A stretch of 63,908 nucleotides of DNA, filler included, from Barthelona sp. PAP020 (lineage: Eukaryota): the NCBI GenBank assembly GCA_040182905.1. It is 5 parts of 5 records of this genome, joined end to end, with 100 filler letters (N's around TTAATTAATTAA, not from the genome) between each part and the next. Parts side by side here need not be neighbours in the genome. Positions count along the whole stretch, not along the records: positions 1 to 12,982 come from JARQWU010000335.1; 4 more parts are not named here. One strand, 5' to 3'. The first letter of the stretch is position 1. Every line of letters starts with the position of its first letter. The position numbers and the translations under genes are program-made. This document shows positions 1 through 10,800 of this stretch, piece after piece. Under the pieces are notes generated by a model. It worked only from the letters and a program-made list of their open reading frames with translations. It was not told where the DNA came from and did no database searches.

Positions 1-328
1 ATATCAAAAAGTATGTTTATGTGAAAAAAAAAATTTCATATTTGCCAAAAATGGGAAGGAAAATTTTTCCTGCGCAGGAAAAAATTTTCCCGCAAAACTT
101 GGAAAACAATTAATTAGCTAATGTGTAAACACGTACAGTCTTTTTTTGGATTTTAAATTAAAGAGTTGAGGGGGAAAAAATCTTTTTCAAATATTGATTT
201 TTACGGATTGATGTCAAATAAAATTCTCAAAATATCAATAAAACAACCATAATAGGCACCATTAATCTGTTTAAAAAAGAACTATTTTGAACAAAAAAAA
301 TTACAATATTTACAGGAAGACACACACA

Positions 329-1240
329 TTATTCACAAAAATAACAAAACATTTCAGAGGCATAGTCTCTCAAATAAACACAACTTTCAGTTTCTTCAGA
401 ATTGACCAAATCGTGATGAATCTCCTGAATTGCTTCAAACATTTCATGAACATCATCATCATCAAATCTACCAAGATTATCTTCTTCATCAAGGAATATT
501 TCACTTTGCAATGAGTACTTTAGACAACAATAACACAATAATTCAGCATCAGAACAGCTAGAAACAGGATGCAGTTTTGACAAAACAATCATGTAATCAA
601 ACATTTTTTGTGAATTTCTGTCCAATTTGTCTTGACTATAAAAAGATAAGAAATCGTTTGGTAATACACTAAACAAATCCCAATTCAAATGTTCACAAAT
701 GGAACATTCAGTGTCGTTCAATAAACTGTAACTGAACATTTTATTGCAACTTTCGTAAAAGAATTTAGTTTGCTCTCCCATTTCCTGACAATGCAATTTC
801 AAAGATATTCTAAAACATGTGCAACACACTAACAAAGAATTAACACTTTCCAAATTAATGAATGTGCATAAACGATCAAACAATGAAACAGCATGAACAA
901 ATACTATGATATCACAATGTAACTTTGTGTGCAAACCAAACATCCAATCACAAAATAAAAGTCTTTGTTGCAGTGTAATCTCAGTTTGAACTTCTTCAAA
1001 AGAATGACCATCAACTTGGGTTTCATCCAATCTCTTTTTCAAATTTAAATATAATGGAGTTTCAAAAATTGACGGTCCATCAAAAAAAGGGTCAGTAAAA
1101 ATAATGTCACTCTCCGAAATATTGCTTAAAGTTTCGTCAGTATAAATGTCTTCCGAAGAAAGATGAGGAGGTTGAATATTACTATGTTTGTCACAAGAAA
1201 CAGGTTCAAAGAATTCCACATTGACTATATTGTTATTCAT
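329..1240 (-). CDS. Divergent cyclin (cyclin-box protein)
   Basis: QRLLFCDWMFGL...AVSLFDRL...CFRISLKL...E..I..HLNWDL matches the cyclin N-terminal box (R..L.DW....AV...DR...K..E). Confidence 0.85.
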   Translation of the reverse strand: MNNNIVNVEFFEPVSCDKHSNIQPPHLSSEDIYTDETLSNISESDIIFTDPFFDGPSIFETPLYLNLKKRLDETQVDGHSFEEVQTEITLQQRLLFCDWMFGLHTKLHCDIIVFVHAVSLFDRLCTFINLESVNSLLVCCTCFRISLKLHCQEMGEQTKFFYESCNKMFSYSLLNDTECSICEHLNWDLFSVLPNDFLSFYSQDKLDRNSQKMFDYMIVLSKLHPVSSCSDAELLCYCCLKYSLQSEIFLDEEDNLGRFDDDDVHEMFEAIQEIHHDLVNSEETESCVYLRDYASEMFCYFCE

Positions 1241-1411
1241 TTGACCTTAAACACCCTAAATGCAGGAAAAGTATTGAAAAAAAAAAGTTACAAATAAACC
1301 AAGAAAATATTGAAAAAAAAAAAATTTGATCTTTCTTTGATTGAATTTTGATATCTTATTTCAAAATAAAATATTGATGTGCAACATAAAAAATCAAACA
1401 CAAAAAATAAT

Positions 1412-2392
1412 TTATTCATTCTCAAAAATGGAATCATCCTGTTCTTCGGGTGAATTAATGTCACTTTGTTCAAGTCCAACGTAATTTGAAGATAATTCTT
1501 CCAGAATATCATCAAAATTTTCAATCAAATTTGAAACAGTTTCATCGCTAGGAAGATATTGATTTTCAATGAAACGATTTAAAAAATATGAATTTAACGA
1601 ACTCATAACATGTAACAAAGGTGCATATATAGGAAGATTGTGATACTGAGTTTCTTTAATAGAATAAGGTGATTGCATTATCATAGAATTAAAATTTGTG
1701 ACAATAGGTGGGGGTTCTTGCCAATTTTCCGTCATATTTGAACTGAGCATTCCAGACCATAAAATTTCAGCTAAAGGATGCAAACTGTAATCCAAAGAAA
1801 TAGTAAGTTGCCTCAATCCAAGTCTCACAACATTCAAAGGTCTGTTTGATGGGTCTCTTTTTAAATCTTGAAGATTTTGATTTGATGGAAATTTATGCAT
1901 ATAACTAAAATCTTCCGATACAATTGTTTCTTTCTCATCATCAAACTTACCAGTTGAAGATTTTGCTCTTGCTTTTCTTTCAGTAATTTTCAAAAACATA
2001 TAACATTCGTGAGATGTTTCAGAAAAATCTTTTTCTAAACTGGACCTCTTTAATCTCTTTCTCAAAGAATTTCCATAAACTTCACAATTAATTTGATTTG
2101 AATAATTATCAAATTCTTCTTTTGTGATACTATGAAAAGATGATGTAAAATTCATAAGATTGATTGAAAATTTGACATCCAAATAGTTTCTCATCCTGTC
2201 TGCAAGATCTTCGAGAAAGAATTTTCCCAAGCAAAAATCAAAAGTTTCAACCCCAATAATTTTAATGGTATGATTATCTTTCTGCTCACTTTCATTCTTA
2301 CTCACTAAACCAATACATAAATGAATATTATTGTTTGTTATTTTGTTTTCATTCGTTTTCAATATCGACGGATTAAACAGATCTGCATTCAT
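1412..2392 (-). CDS. Hypothetical protein, 326 aa
   Basis: Long ATG-initiated ORF with acidic tail; no motif recognised. Confidence 0.7.
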   Translation of the reverse strand: MNADLFNPSILKTNENKITNNNIHLCIGLVSKNESEQKDNHTIKIIGVETFDFCLGKFFLEDLADRMRNYLDVKFSINLMNFTSSFHSITKEEFDNYSNQINCEVYGNSLRKRLKRSSLEKDFSETSHECYMFLKITERKARAKSSTGKFDDEKETIVSEDFSYMHKFPSNQNLQDLKRDPSNRPLNVVRLGLRQLTISLDYSLHPLAEILWSGMLSSNMTENWQEPPPIVTNFNSMIMQSPYSIKETQYHNLPIYAPLLHVMSSLNSYFLNRFIENQYLPSDETVSNLIENFDDILEELSSNYVGLEQSDINSPEEQDDSIFENE

Positions 2393-2582
2393 AAAAAATT
2401 AACTGAAAAGAACAACAACTTAAATCAAGATTTCATAAAAAACATAAGAAATTGCAAAAAATCACATCAAGAATATCAATATCTTTTCATTATCAACAAA
2501 ATTGATTTATGGAGATTCAAAGAAACTAGCGAAGGATTTTTGAAAACACAACGATTTGAAAAATATTTGATTTATAATTTTT

Positions 2583-4172
2583 ATGCCATTAAAAACGAAT
2601 AACCCTTCAATAGATTATCAAGATTTTGATACACAAAGAGCTATTGTTGCTGAATTTAACCAATTATGTGGATCTGCTTTGCAAAAAATTGCATCAAATC
2701 CCAGACAAGCCAAAAATGAATTATGTACAGCTGTATCCAAAATCAACATGCTATTGGCTAATGCAATTGATTTTTTTGATCCCCAACAAAAGTTTAAATT
2801 GCAAGGATTGGTTGGAATTGTCCAAAAAAAAATTGATCAACTTGAAAAATCTTTGCATGCTTCTGATAATAGTGGAAATAACTTTTCTACAGTAAAAGAA
2901 GAGGATACTTATCCCTCTAATAATTATTCAAATTCCAATTATGGAAGCTATGGCAACAATAGTGGAAATTATAACTCTGGAAATTATAACTCTGGAAATA
3001 GTAGTAATAATAATAGCAATGCGGCATCAAATTTAGGTAGAAGAACTAGAAACACTGGAGGAAACAGTAATATTTCAAAAGGTACTAGAAATGATTCAAA
3101 TAATTCCAGAAATACTTCAAATAGTTCCAGAAATAATCGTAATAATTCTAATAAGTCTAATAGTGGCAAAGAATATGACCATTTAGGAAGACCTATAAAG
3201 AAAGAAACCAAAATTGAAGATATGAGTCGTGAAGAACGTGTTGACTTATTACTTAAAGGAGAAATTCCTGAAGAATTAAAAGTTTTGGGGGAAAGTTTAA
3301 TTACTGAATTGGTTGGTTCCATTATTCCAAGTGCTGAACAATCTTCTTTCAGTTTTGATGATATTAAAGGATTGAATGAAACAAAGAGCATTTTACAAGA
3401 ATCAGTTGTTTTACCTTTAGTTCGTCCTGATCTATTTCAAGATTTGTTGAGAGCTCCTAAAGGTATTTTGTTGTTTGGACCTCCTGGTACTGGTAAAACT
3501 ATGCTTGCTAGGGCTGTTTGTTCAGAATTGGATGTTACTTTCTTTACAATTTCAGCCGCAAATATTGTATCCAAGTTTATTGGTGAATCTGCAAGATTGG
3601 TTCGTGTACTTTTCGCTTTAGCACGATTTGTTGCACCTGCTGTAATATTTATGGATGAACTTGATTCTGCGTTAGGTGTTAGAACTAGTGGTGATAAAAA
3701 TATTATGATGAAAACCGAATTTTTAGTTCAAATTGATGGTTTGGTCAAGAGTGAAAAACAATTATTAGTTATTGGAGCTACCAATTGTCCAGAAGTATTG
3801 GACCCTGCAGTTATTAGACGTTTTGAAGTAAGAGTTTTGATTCCTCTTCCTGATGTTGAAGCGAGAAAAGCAATATTCAGAGGATTATTGGATTCCAGAG
3901 CCAATTTGTCTGAATATGACTACAATATATTAGCTCAACAAACGGAAGGTTATTCTGGTTCGGATATTTCTGCCATTTGTAGAAACGCTGTTTGGATTCC
4001 TATGAGAGAATTGAGCGCTGATGCCTTAAGAAACATTGCACCTGAAGACATTCGTAAGATTAACACCAATGATATCATGCATTCAATGAGGAGCACACCA
4101 CCTAGTGTTTCTCAAGATCAAGTGAAGGAACTAAATGAATGGAATAGTGAATTTGGTACAAGATTGTCATAG
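2583..4172 (+). CDS. Meiotic-clade AAA+ ATPase (spastin/fidgetin/katanin-like) with helical N-terminal domain and Asn/Ser-rich linker
   Basis: FDDIKGL, PKGILLFGPPGTGKT (Walker A), IFMDELD (Walker B), ATN.P..LD.A..RRF, Vps4_C-like end WNSEFG. Confidence 0.92.
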   Translation: MPLKTNNPSIDYQDFDTQRAIVAEFNQLCGSALQKIASNPRQAKNELCTAVSKINMLLANAIDFFDPQQKFKLQGLVGIVQKKIDQLEKSLHASDNSGNNFSTVKEEDTYPSNNYSNSNYGSYGNNSGNYNSGNYNSGNSSNNNSNAASNLGRRTRNTGGNSNISKGTRNDSNNSRNTSNSSRNNRNNSNKSNSGKEYDHLGRPIKKETKIEDMSREERVDLLLKGEIPEELKVLGESLITELVGSIIPSAEQSSFSFDDIKGLNETKSILQESVVLPLVRPDLFQDLLRAPKGILLFGPPGTGKTMLARAVCSELDVTFFTISAANIVSKFIGESARLVRVLFALARFVAPAVIFMDELDSALGVRTSGDKNIMMKTEFLVQIDGLVKSEKQLLVIGATNCPEVLDPAVIRRFEVRVLIPLPDVEARKAIFRGLLDSRANLSEYDYNILAQQTEGYSGSDISAICRNAVWIPMRELSADALRNIAPEDIRKINTNDIMHSMRSTPPSVSQDQVKELNEWNSEFGTRLS

Positions 4173-4459
4173 AATTTGTTTCTTTTTTGTAAAACTCTAC
4201 TTTTATTTATTTTTTCACTAGCATTATAAATTATAAAATTAATGTCAATTTACCAGATACGAAAGACCAAAAGAGAAAATTACTGCAGAATACCACATAT
4301 AGAAATACTTTTTGGTTGAACAAAGTCACAATTCAAAGACTTGTCCAAATAGTGGAATTTTATGCAAATGAATTTGACTACCCGAATAATAATGAATAAG
4401 TCAAGAAGCAAGAAAAGATTCAGAAAATGTTGAAAACAAAAAAAAAATTTAATTAGAGT

Positions 4460-6928
4460 TTACAAATAGCCATCAAACAAATCTTTTTGTTCTTCCAATT
4501 CTCTCTGTAATTCTATCAATTGCTCATTTAAAAAATTAGATTCTTGTTCTTCTTTGTCCAATTCTTGAGAATACAAATCATTATTTTCCAAAATTTTATT
4601 CAATTTCTTGGTCAACTCACAATTTTTTTTAAACAATTTTGAATTATCATTCTTTAATTTTGAATTTTCTTCCTCCAAACTTTTATAACTTTCAACAATA
4701 CCCTCCAATCGAGTTATTTTATGTAAACCATCATCTCTATCCCTCATTAATTTTTGATTGACATTTTTTACCTCTTTAATTTTATGTTTGATTTGATTTA
4801 TTTTTTTATTCAATTTAGTGATACTTCTGACATCTTTGGCACGAATTGCTTCGAGAACAATTCTATCTTGAATTAAACGATGAGTTTTCATGTGTTTATC
4901 TTCTTTTTTTGGTGTTATGGTTGATTGATTTGGATGTTTGACGGGTGACAACAAATGTTGAGGTACATTTTGTATTTTGGTCTTTAAAGGAGAGGCTGAG
5001 TCCAAATACAGATAATTCGATTCTGTTTCTTTGACAGAATCATTCATTTGTTCTTTTGACAGATCAAACTCAAACCCTTTTTCATTTTCACTTTCAGTAT
5101 CAGATGATAATGTGTCACGATCAGAATTTTCATCATTTAATTTCAAATCAACAGAAACTGATTTAAAAAAAGTTTGGGAATTTTCAGCATTTTCAGAATT
5201 TTTCCGTTTTATTTTTTCTATGAAATCTTTTGACATTTTCTTATTTAACGTATTGATTGGGGGTAAATCTTCAGTTGACCATTGTGATGGTGATAAAATA
5301 AAAGGAGTTTCTTTGTGACTATTATTAATAGATAAATGATCAAATTTGACATTTTCAATTGAGTTTCGTGATTGAAATTGAAAATCAAAAGGATGAGAAT
5401 CACTAGGGGTTGAAGGAGAAAAATTCTTTATCTGTTGAGGAGGCGTAGATTGTGTTGACATTTTTGGGTTTAATGAACGAACTGGAGAAAATGGAAGATT
5501 TTCGTCAAATTTAAAATTAACTTCATCATTTCCCATATTTTCATCAACAATAACATCTTGTTTTGATAAAATTTGTTTATTCAATAAAGAATGTTTATAA
5601 ATAGAATTTTGATCAACATTTAAAGAAGATAAATCCTTTTTATAAAAATTTTGAGTGGAATTATCATTGTTAGCATACAAATTATTATTTGCTACAACTT
5701 CTTCCTGATTTTCAACAAAATTATCAATGGAATTCATTCCTACCACTTCTAATTCATCTCTAACACATTTATTATGCTCTGTTTTTTGTTTCAATGATTT
5801 TTCGATTCGATTATAGGGGGTATTATATGGAATTTCATCAAAAGAACGATTAGAAATGGTTTTAGCAGTTCTACTCAATGTTTTATAATTTCTGTCAGGA
5901 CTAAAACCACGTACATCAAATTTAACATATTTATGTTCGACAATGGTTGAAAGTTCTTCAGTCATCAATTTTAATTGTTTCACAATTCTCAAAGTATTTA
6001 AATCATCTGTCAGAGGGGAATTACTAGCAAAATTAGAAGTTAAAGCTAATAATAAACAGGGATTTTGAAATAATAAACCATCACGTAAAAAGGAAAATAA
6101 AGCAGAACTTCCAAAAAATTGGCTCCAAAATTTTTGAAAAAAATATGAAGAATGAATGCGAGTCTTTTTAAATTGTTGCAAGAAATCACAAAAAATAGAG
6201 AAATTCTTGGAAAAATGCACTGAATTTACCATAGTAATAGAAACTTTACCTAAATGTTGATGGTAATTCTGTAAATTAGCACTCCAAGAAAATAACTTTA
6301 ATTCTTCAATATCTTTATAAAAGGCAGGATTTATTTTTATAAGAATTCGAGTCAAATTGTTCAAAAATGCATAATTTTGCTTTAAAAATTTCTGTAAATC
6401 CTCAGTACAAAAGATAGTTCCTTCATATTTTTTATGCAATTTCGAATTTCTATCTCTCTCATTTTGTAAAGAATCAATCTCTATTTTAAACAAATAAAAC
6501 TTGTTATCAATTAAATATTCCCGTTTTATATCGCTTAAACAATTCAAATTTTTCAATTCATCACAAATATGATCTCTCTTCACAGTAAAATATTTCAATG
6601 TCCTTGCAAATATGAAAGATAACAAACTAAACGTCTCATCTTTATCATTAAATAAAAAATCCTTTATATGAAATTCACTTCCAATTACAAAAGTGTCCAA
6701 ATTGCTTCCATAAAATACTTGATCTAAATTTAACAAAAATAATTGAGTAAATACAGTATTAAATGGAACAAAACTTTCAAAAATTCGATCAAATACAAAT
6801 TCTTCTTCTATTTCATGTGATATTGTAATTTTTCGATCATTTTCATTTGTGTACCGTTTTTCAGACCGATCAAGGAAATCATTATCCTCTGTATTTCTAT
6901 TATCGGATAAATACAAAGCAGTTTTCAT
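4460..6928 (-). CDS. Degenerate kinesin-motor-like protein with C-terminal coiled coil
   Basis: EFVFDRIF..., LDQVFYGSNLDTFVIG and LFSFLRDGL...LLLALTS....DDLNTLRIV echo kinesin FDRVF, VL.GYN.T.FAYG and LT.LL.DSL..T.MIA..SP....ETL.TL.FA; heptad C-terminus. Confidence 0.6.
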   Translation of the reverse strand: MKTALYLSDNRNTEDNDFLDRSEKRYTNENDRKITISHEIEEEFVFDRIFESFVPFNTVFTQLFLLNLDQVFYGSNLDTFVIGSEFHIKDFLFNDKDETFSLLSFIFARTLKYFTVKRDHICDELKNLNCLSDIKREYLIDNKFYLFKIEIDSLQNERDRNSKLHKKYEGTIFCTEDLQKFLKQNYAFLNNLTRILIKINPAFYKDIEELKLFSWSANLQNYHQHLGKVSITMVNSVHFSKNFSIFCDFLQQFKKTRIHSSYFFQKFWSQFFGSSALFSFLRDGLLFQNPCLLLALTSNFASNSPLTDDLNTLRIVKQLKLMTEELSTIVEHKYVKFDVRGFSPDRNYKTLSRTAKTISNRSFDEIPYNTPYNRIEKSLKQKTEHNKCVRDELEVVGMNSIDNFVENQEEVVANNNLYANNDNSTQNFYKKDLSSLNVDQNSIYKHSLLNKQILSKQDVIVDENMGNDEVNFKFDENLPFSPVRSLNPKMSTQSTPPQQIKNFSPSTPSDSHPFDFQFQSRNSIENVKFDHLSINNSHKETPFILSPSQWSTEDLPPINTLNKKMSKDFIEKIKRKNSENAENSQTFFKSVSVDLKLNDENSDRDTLSSDTESENEKGFEFDLSKEQMNDSVKETESNYLYLDSASPLKTKIQNVPQHLLSPVKHPNQSTITPKKEDKHMKTHRLIQDRIVLEAIRAKDVRSITKLNKKINQIKHKIKEVKNVNQKLMRDRDDGLHKITRLEGIVESYKSLEEENSKLKNDNSKLFKKNCELTKKLNKILENNDLYSQELDKEEQESNFLNEQLIELQRELEEQKDLFDGYL

Positions 6929-7143
6929 TCAAAAGAATTTTAAGGTTGCAAAAATTAAAATTACATTCCTTATTTTTTTTCAAATCTAATCATTTGATGT
7001 TGTTTTGTGCATAATATTATTAATTTTTCAATAATAAACGTTGATTTTCAGTTCAATTTGTCTCTGCCTTTTTTCTCTACAATCTTTATATTTTTTCCAA
7101 ATAATTTTTTTTATTTTGTTGCTTTGCATTATAATTTGTTTGC

Positions 7144-7608
7144 ATGGATGATAATTTAGACCTTCGATATATTGTTCTAACCATTTCAATGATTATTTGT
7201 GGATTTGTCCAAGTAATTGATTCCTTTTTAATCAATTCAATCATAATGGAACAAAAAATATTGTTTTTTGCTGTTTCAATTGATGCAATTTTGTCTTTAA
7301 TAATTGGATTTTTAGTTTATCTTGTGTTGAAAGTAACAAAAGCTTTGCAAATTGGAAATGTTGATTTAATTTTAAGAAAAACCAAAAAACTCGTAATAGT
7401 ATTACCTTTGAATATATGTGTGAATGTATGTTGGTGTCTTCTTCTTGTAAATAAATCACCAAAGAATAATTTTAATGCAACATTGGACAGTTCATTGATT
7501 GTTGGCAGTTTAATTATCAAATTCCTTCTTTCTGTAGTTTCTTTTGGATCTGTGTTTGAATTCTCTTTCAATTTGCTAAAATATCCCAAATTATTCAAGG
7601 ATGAATAG
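7144..7608 (+). CDS. Small multi-pass (about 4 TM) membrane protein
   Basis: Four hydrophobic stretches in 154 aa. Confidence 0.7.
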   Translation: MDDNLDLRYIVLTISMIICGFVQVIDSFLINSIIMEQKILFFAVSIDAILSLIIGFLVYLVLKVTKALQIGNVDLILRKTKKLVIVLPLNICVNVCWCLLLVNKSPKNNFNATLDSSLIVGSLIIKFLLSVVSFGSVFEFSFNLLKYPKLFKDE

Positions 7609-7830
7609 AAGATACTTAAATTAGTAGTGTATATTAATGGTGTTATAAGAAATAAGTTTGCTAACATTCCCTTAGTTTTGTAAAAGTTGATATTTATGAT
7701 ATTTTTTTCTTTTGAATGTTATTTATACAAAGAAAAGGGTTGATTAAACACTTTTACGCAAATTAAAGCGCATTTATTTGGAACCGAGTTATGGAAAGGG
7801 TAAAAGAAAAATTTCTTTTTTATCAAAAAT

Positions 7831-10800
7831 ATGGCCTTATGGACTGAAGTTCAACCTTCGAGTGTTGTTAATGCAAGTACTTCTGGGTCATTTTTTCCGA
7901 CTATTATTGAGAAACAAAAACAGTTGGTGTTATCTTATCATGATTTGATAGAAGTATACAATTTTTCGCCAAATTATTCAATAAAAACCGAAGATTCGTT
8001 GTCAAAACCTCAATTTTTATTTCAACAAAAGTTTTCTGAGAGAATTATTGATCTAAAGAGTGTAACATTGCCTGATGGAAAAGTCAATTGTTTGGCAGTG
8101 TTATTCGCGACATGTAAAGTCGTTATATTTGGGTTGAATGTTGAAAATTATGAATTTGAAGTCATTTCTGCCCACAATTTTGAAAATCGTGATGATTTTA
8201 ATATTAGTCCAGAAGATTTTATTGACTGTCGTATGGTAGTTGAACCTAGTAGTGAGATGATAGGAATACTGATGCCTGGAAATTTCATAGGTATTATTGG
8301 TCTTCAACCCGACAACATGTCAATTGTTCGTGATGATTTTGAAGAAAAAATTACCCCATACGGTAAAAGAGTTACAATACCGACTTTTGTGAAGAAGTTA
8401 TATGATAATTTTTATGTCAGAAATATCAAGCAAATCATGTTTGTTCCCAAAGTTGAAAAAGCCATTTTGTGTGTATTGCATGATGCAAGAAACAGCAATC
8501 CATCATGGGTTGGTTTCAACACCTTGTCCAAAGAGGATTACAAAAAGCATCAAGAGATTTCTGCATTCAAAATCAATTTAGCAAGTCAATCCTTTGAAAT
8601 GTATTGGAAGTCATCTCCATTGCCTTATACTGTCAATGAGATGTACCCCACAGGTGTTCCATTGACATTTTTGGTGCAAAACCACAATGAAGTTGGTGAC
8701 TACGAATTGCAACTGTTTAGAGCATCTGAAACCACAAATGAGGAAAAATGTATGGAAGTGTTGCCAATGCCTTCAGCTGAATACCGAAAAAAAACCAAGA
8801 ATCCTCATATTTCATCGTATATTCAAAATTCAAGACATGTAATTGCGGTTCCTGACAAGCCTTTTTGTCTCTTTTTTGAGGGATATGATCTTTACAAGAT
8901 AAATATTCCAGAAGAAAGACACAAAAAAATGGAAATCACATTGATTACAGAAGATATTATTTTATATGAGAATTCAACGTTTATTGATGAAAATACTTTG
9001 TTTGTTGGAAGTGTGTCTGGTAAATCTGCCATATACAGTTTCTTCACTTTGAAAAAAGGAATCAAATTGGACAATTCTTTAGAATTTGAAAGTACTCTTC
9101 CTGATTATGAGTATGATGAAAACATGTTTCATGATTTATTGGATGAGAATGATGAACGAATTGTTTCTGGCTCAATTCAGGGGTTTGCTATTGGTGAAAG
9201 TGCAACTTCCATCAAAAAAACGTTTGAATTTTCTTCTGTTGGACAAATTGTTGATTTTTCTTTGATTGAAAATCCAAAAACAAATTTAACCGAAATTGCA
9301 ACCGTAACTGGAAAATATGGAGAAAGTTCCTTGAAGACTCTTAAAAATTCTTTAGTTTTCGACAAAAAGATAAATCAAGAATTGGAAGAGTACCGCAATG
9401 AAATGAAATTCTTTCCATTTTTCTATTCAGGGTCCAAATTTCTTTTGTGCAATTATTTTGATGCAGATGAGACATTTGAGATATTAGATGCCAATTTGGT
9501 CAAGGTTTCCACCAAGTTTGATTTGTTACGTGAAATTAAACCTTTTGAGATTCACAATGTTGACAACAAATTATTTTTGTGCGTGCAAAAAAGAGAGTTG
9601 TTTTTGATACAAGATGAAGAAGACCGTATGTTCAGTAGTGTTAAGAAATATGAATTTGACTCAGACATCATTAACATCAGGTCCAGTGATAATTTTTCTA
9701 TTTTGGTTACATTTGATGAAAATGTATACATTATTGATCACAATTTACAAACTGTTTTGCATAAATTTACTTTCAATTCCCTTAATATGTTGATAGATAT
9801 TGCTGCCATTGATGAAAATAGTTGTTACTTGGCTATATACGTCAATCATGAAGTTCTTTTGTATCTGTTCAAATCAGAAGAAAGGGAGCTGATTGAAAAA
9901 GCCAAATATTCTTCAAACACTGTTGGTAATAAAGTTTTGGGGTATGATAGCTCAAATTCTTTGTCTTTTGACATTGGTTACGATGCGTACCATTCAGTAT
10001 TTACCATTCAAGATATGGTTTTGTTGACTAGTGGTGAGTTCAACACTTGCATTTTAGGTTTGGTGAATAATATTGGACAGATACACATTTATAATGAAGT
10101 AGGATTCAACACAATTGATGAACTGGTGTTCAAACGAGTAAATTTACCAAATCTTGCTCAATTCAATACAAACACTAAATTACGTCGATTTGAAAGTTTC
10201 CTTAACAGATCTGGCTTCTTCGTAATAAGAGAAGATCAACCACTAGTTATTCTGGTTGATCAAGCGAATATTCAGGCTTCAATTATTCATGTTGAAAATG
10301 CGTGTATTGATTTAATTTCGTTTGTTGATGATGAGGGTGCAGAATTGATTATTTTTGAAGAATCTGATGATTTTGATATTAATTCAAACGTGTTGATTTC
10401 CATCGGGTCGATTTCAATCGATTTAAAAGTCAATTCGTTCCCCCATGGCTCATTAATGTACATTGAAAAGGAATTAGAAGGTACACCCATTTTCATATGT
10501 TATTCAAACAGATATGATGTGTTTTGTATTTGCATTAGCGAAATGTATTTGCATTTTGGAAGTAGAGAAGAACTAAAAATGCAATCCAAGAAATCCACCT
10601 CATACTTTGAATCAACAGTTGACAGAAACGTTGCAGCACCATTAATTTTGAGTGAATGGCACAAATTGTTATTAATTGATAGATCTAGCAGCAAGATTTT
10701 AGATATTGCTGAGCGACTGGAGATTAAAGAGCATTATATATGTGGACAATTTAGTGATATTAGAGTTGTTAAGGAATCTTCTCTGCCATCCATTGAAGAA

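Noticed and set aside
4240..4420. Coding-like or ncRNA-like patch between the AAA and kinesin-like genes
   Set aside because: No ATG-led ORF of useful length and no recognisable RNA motif.
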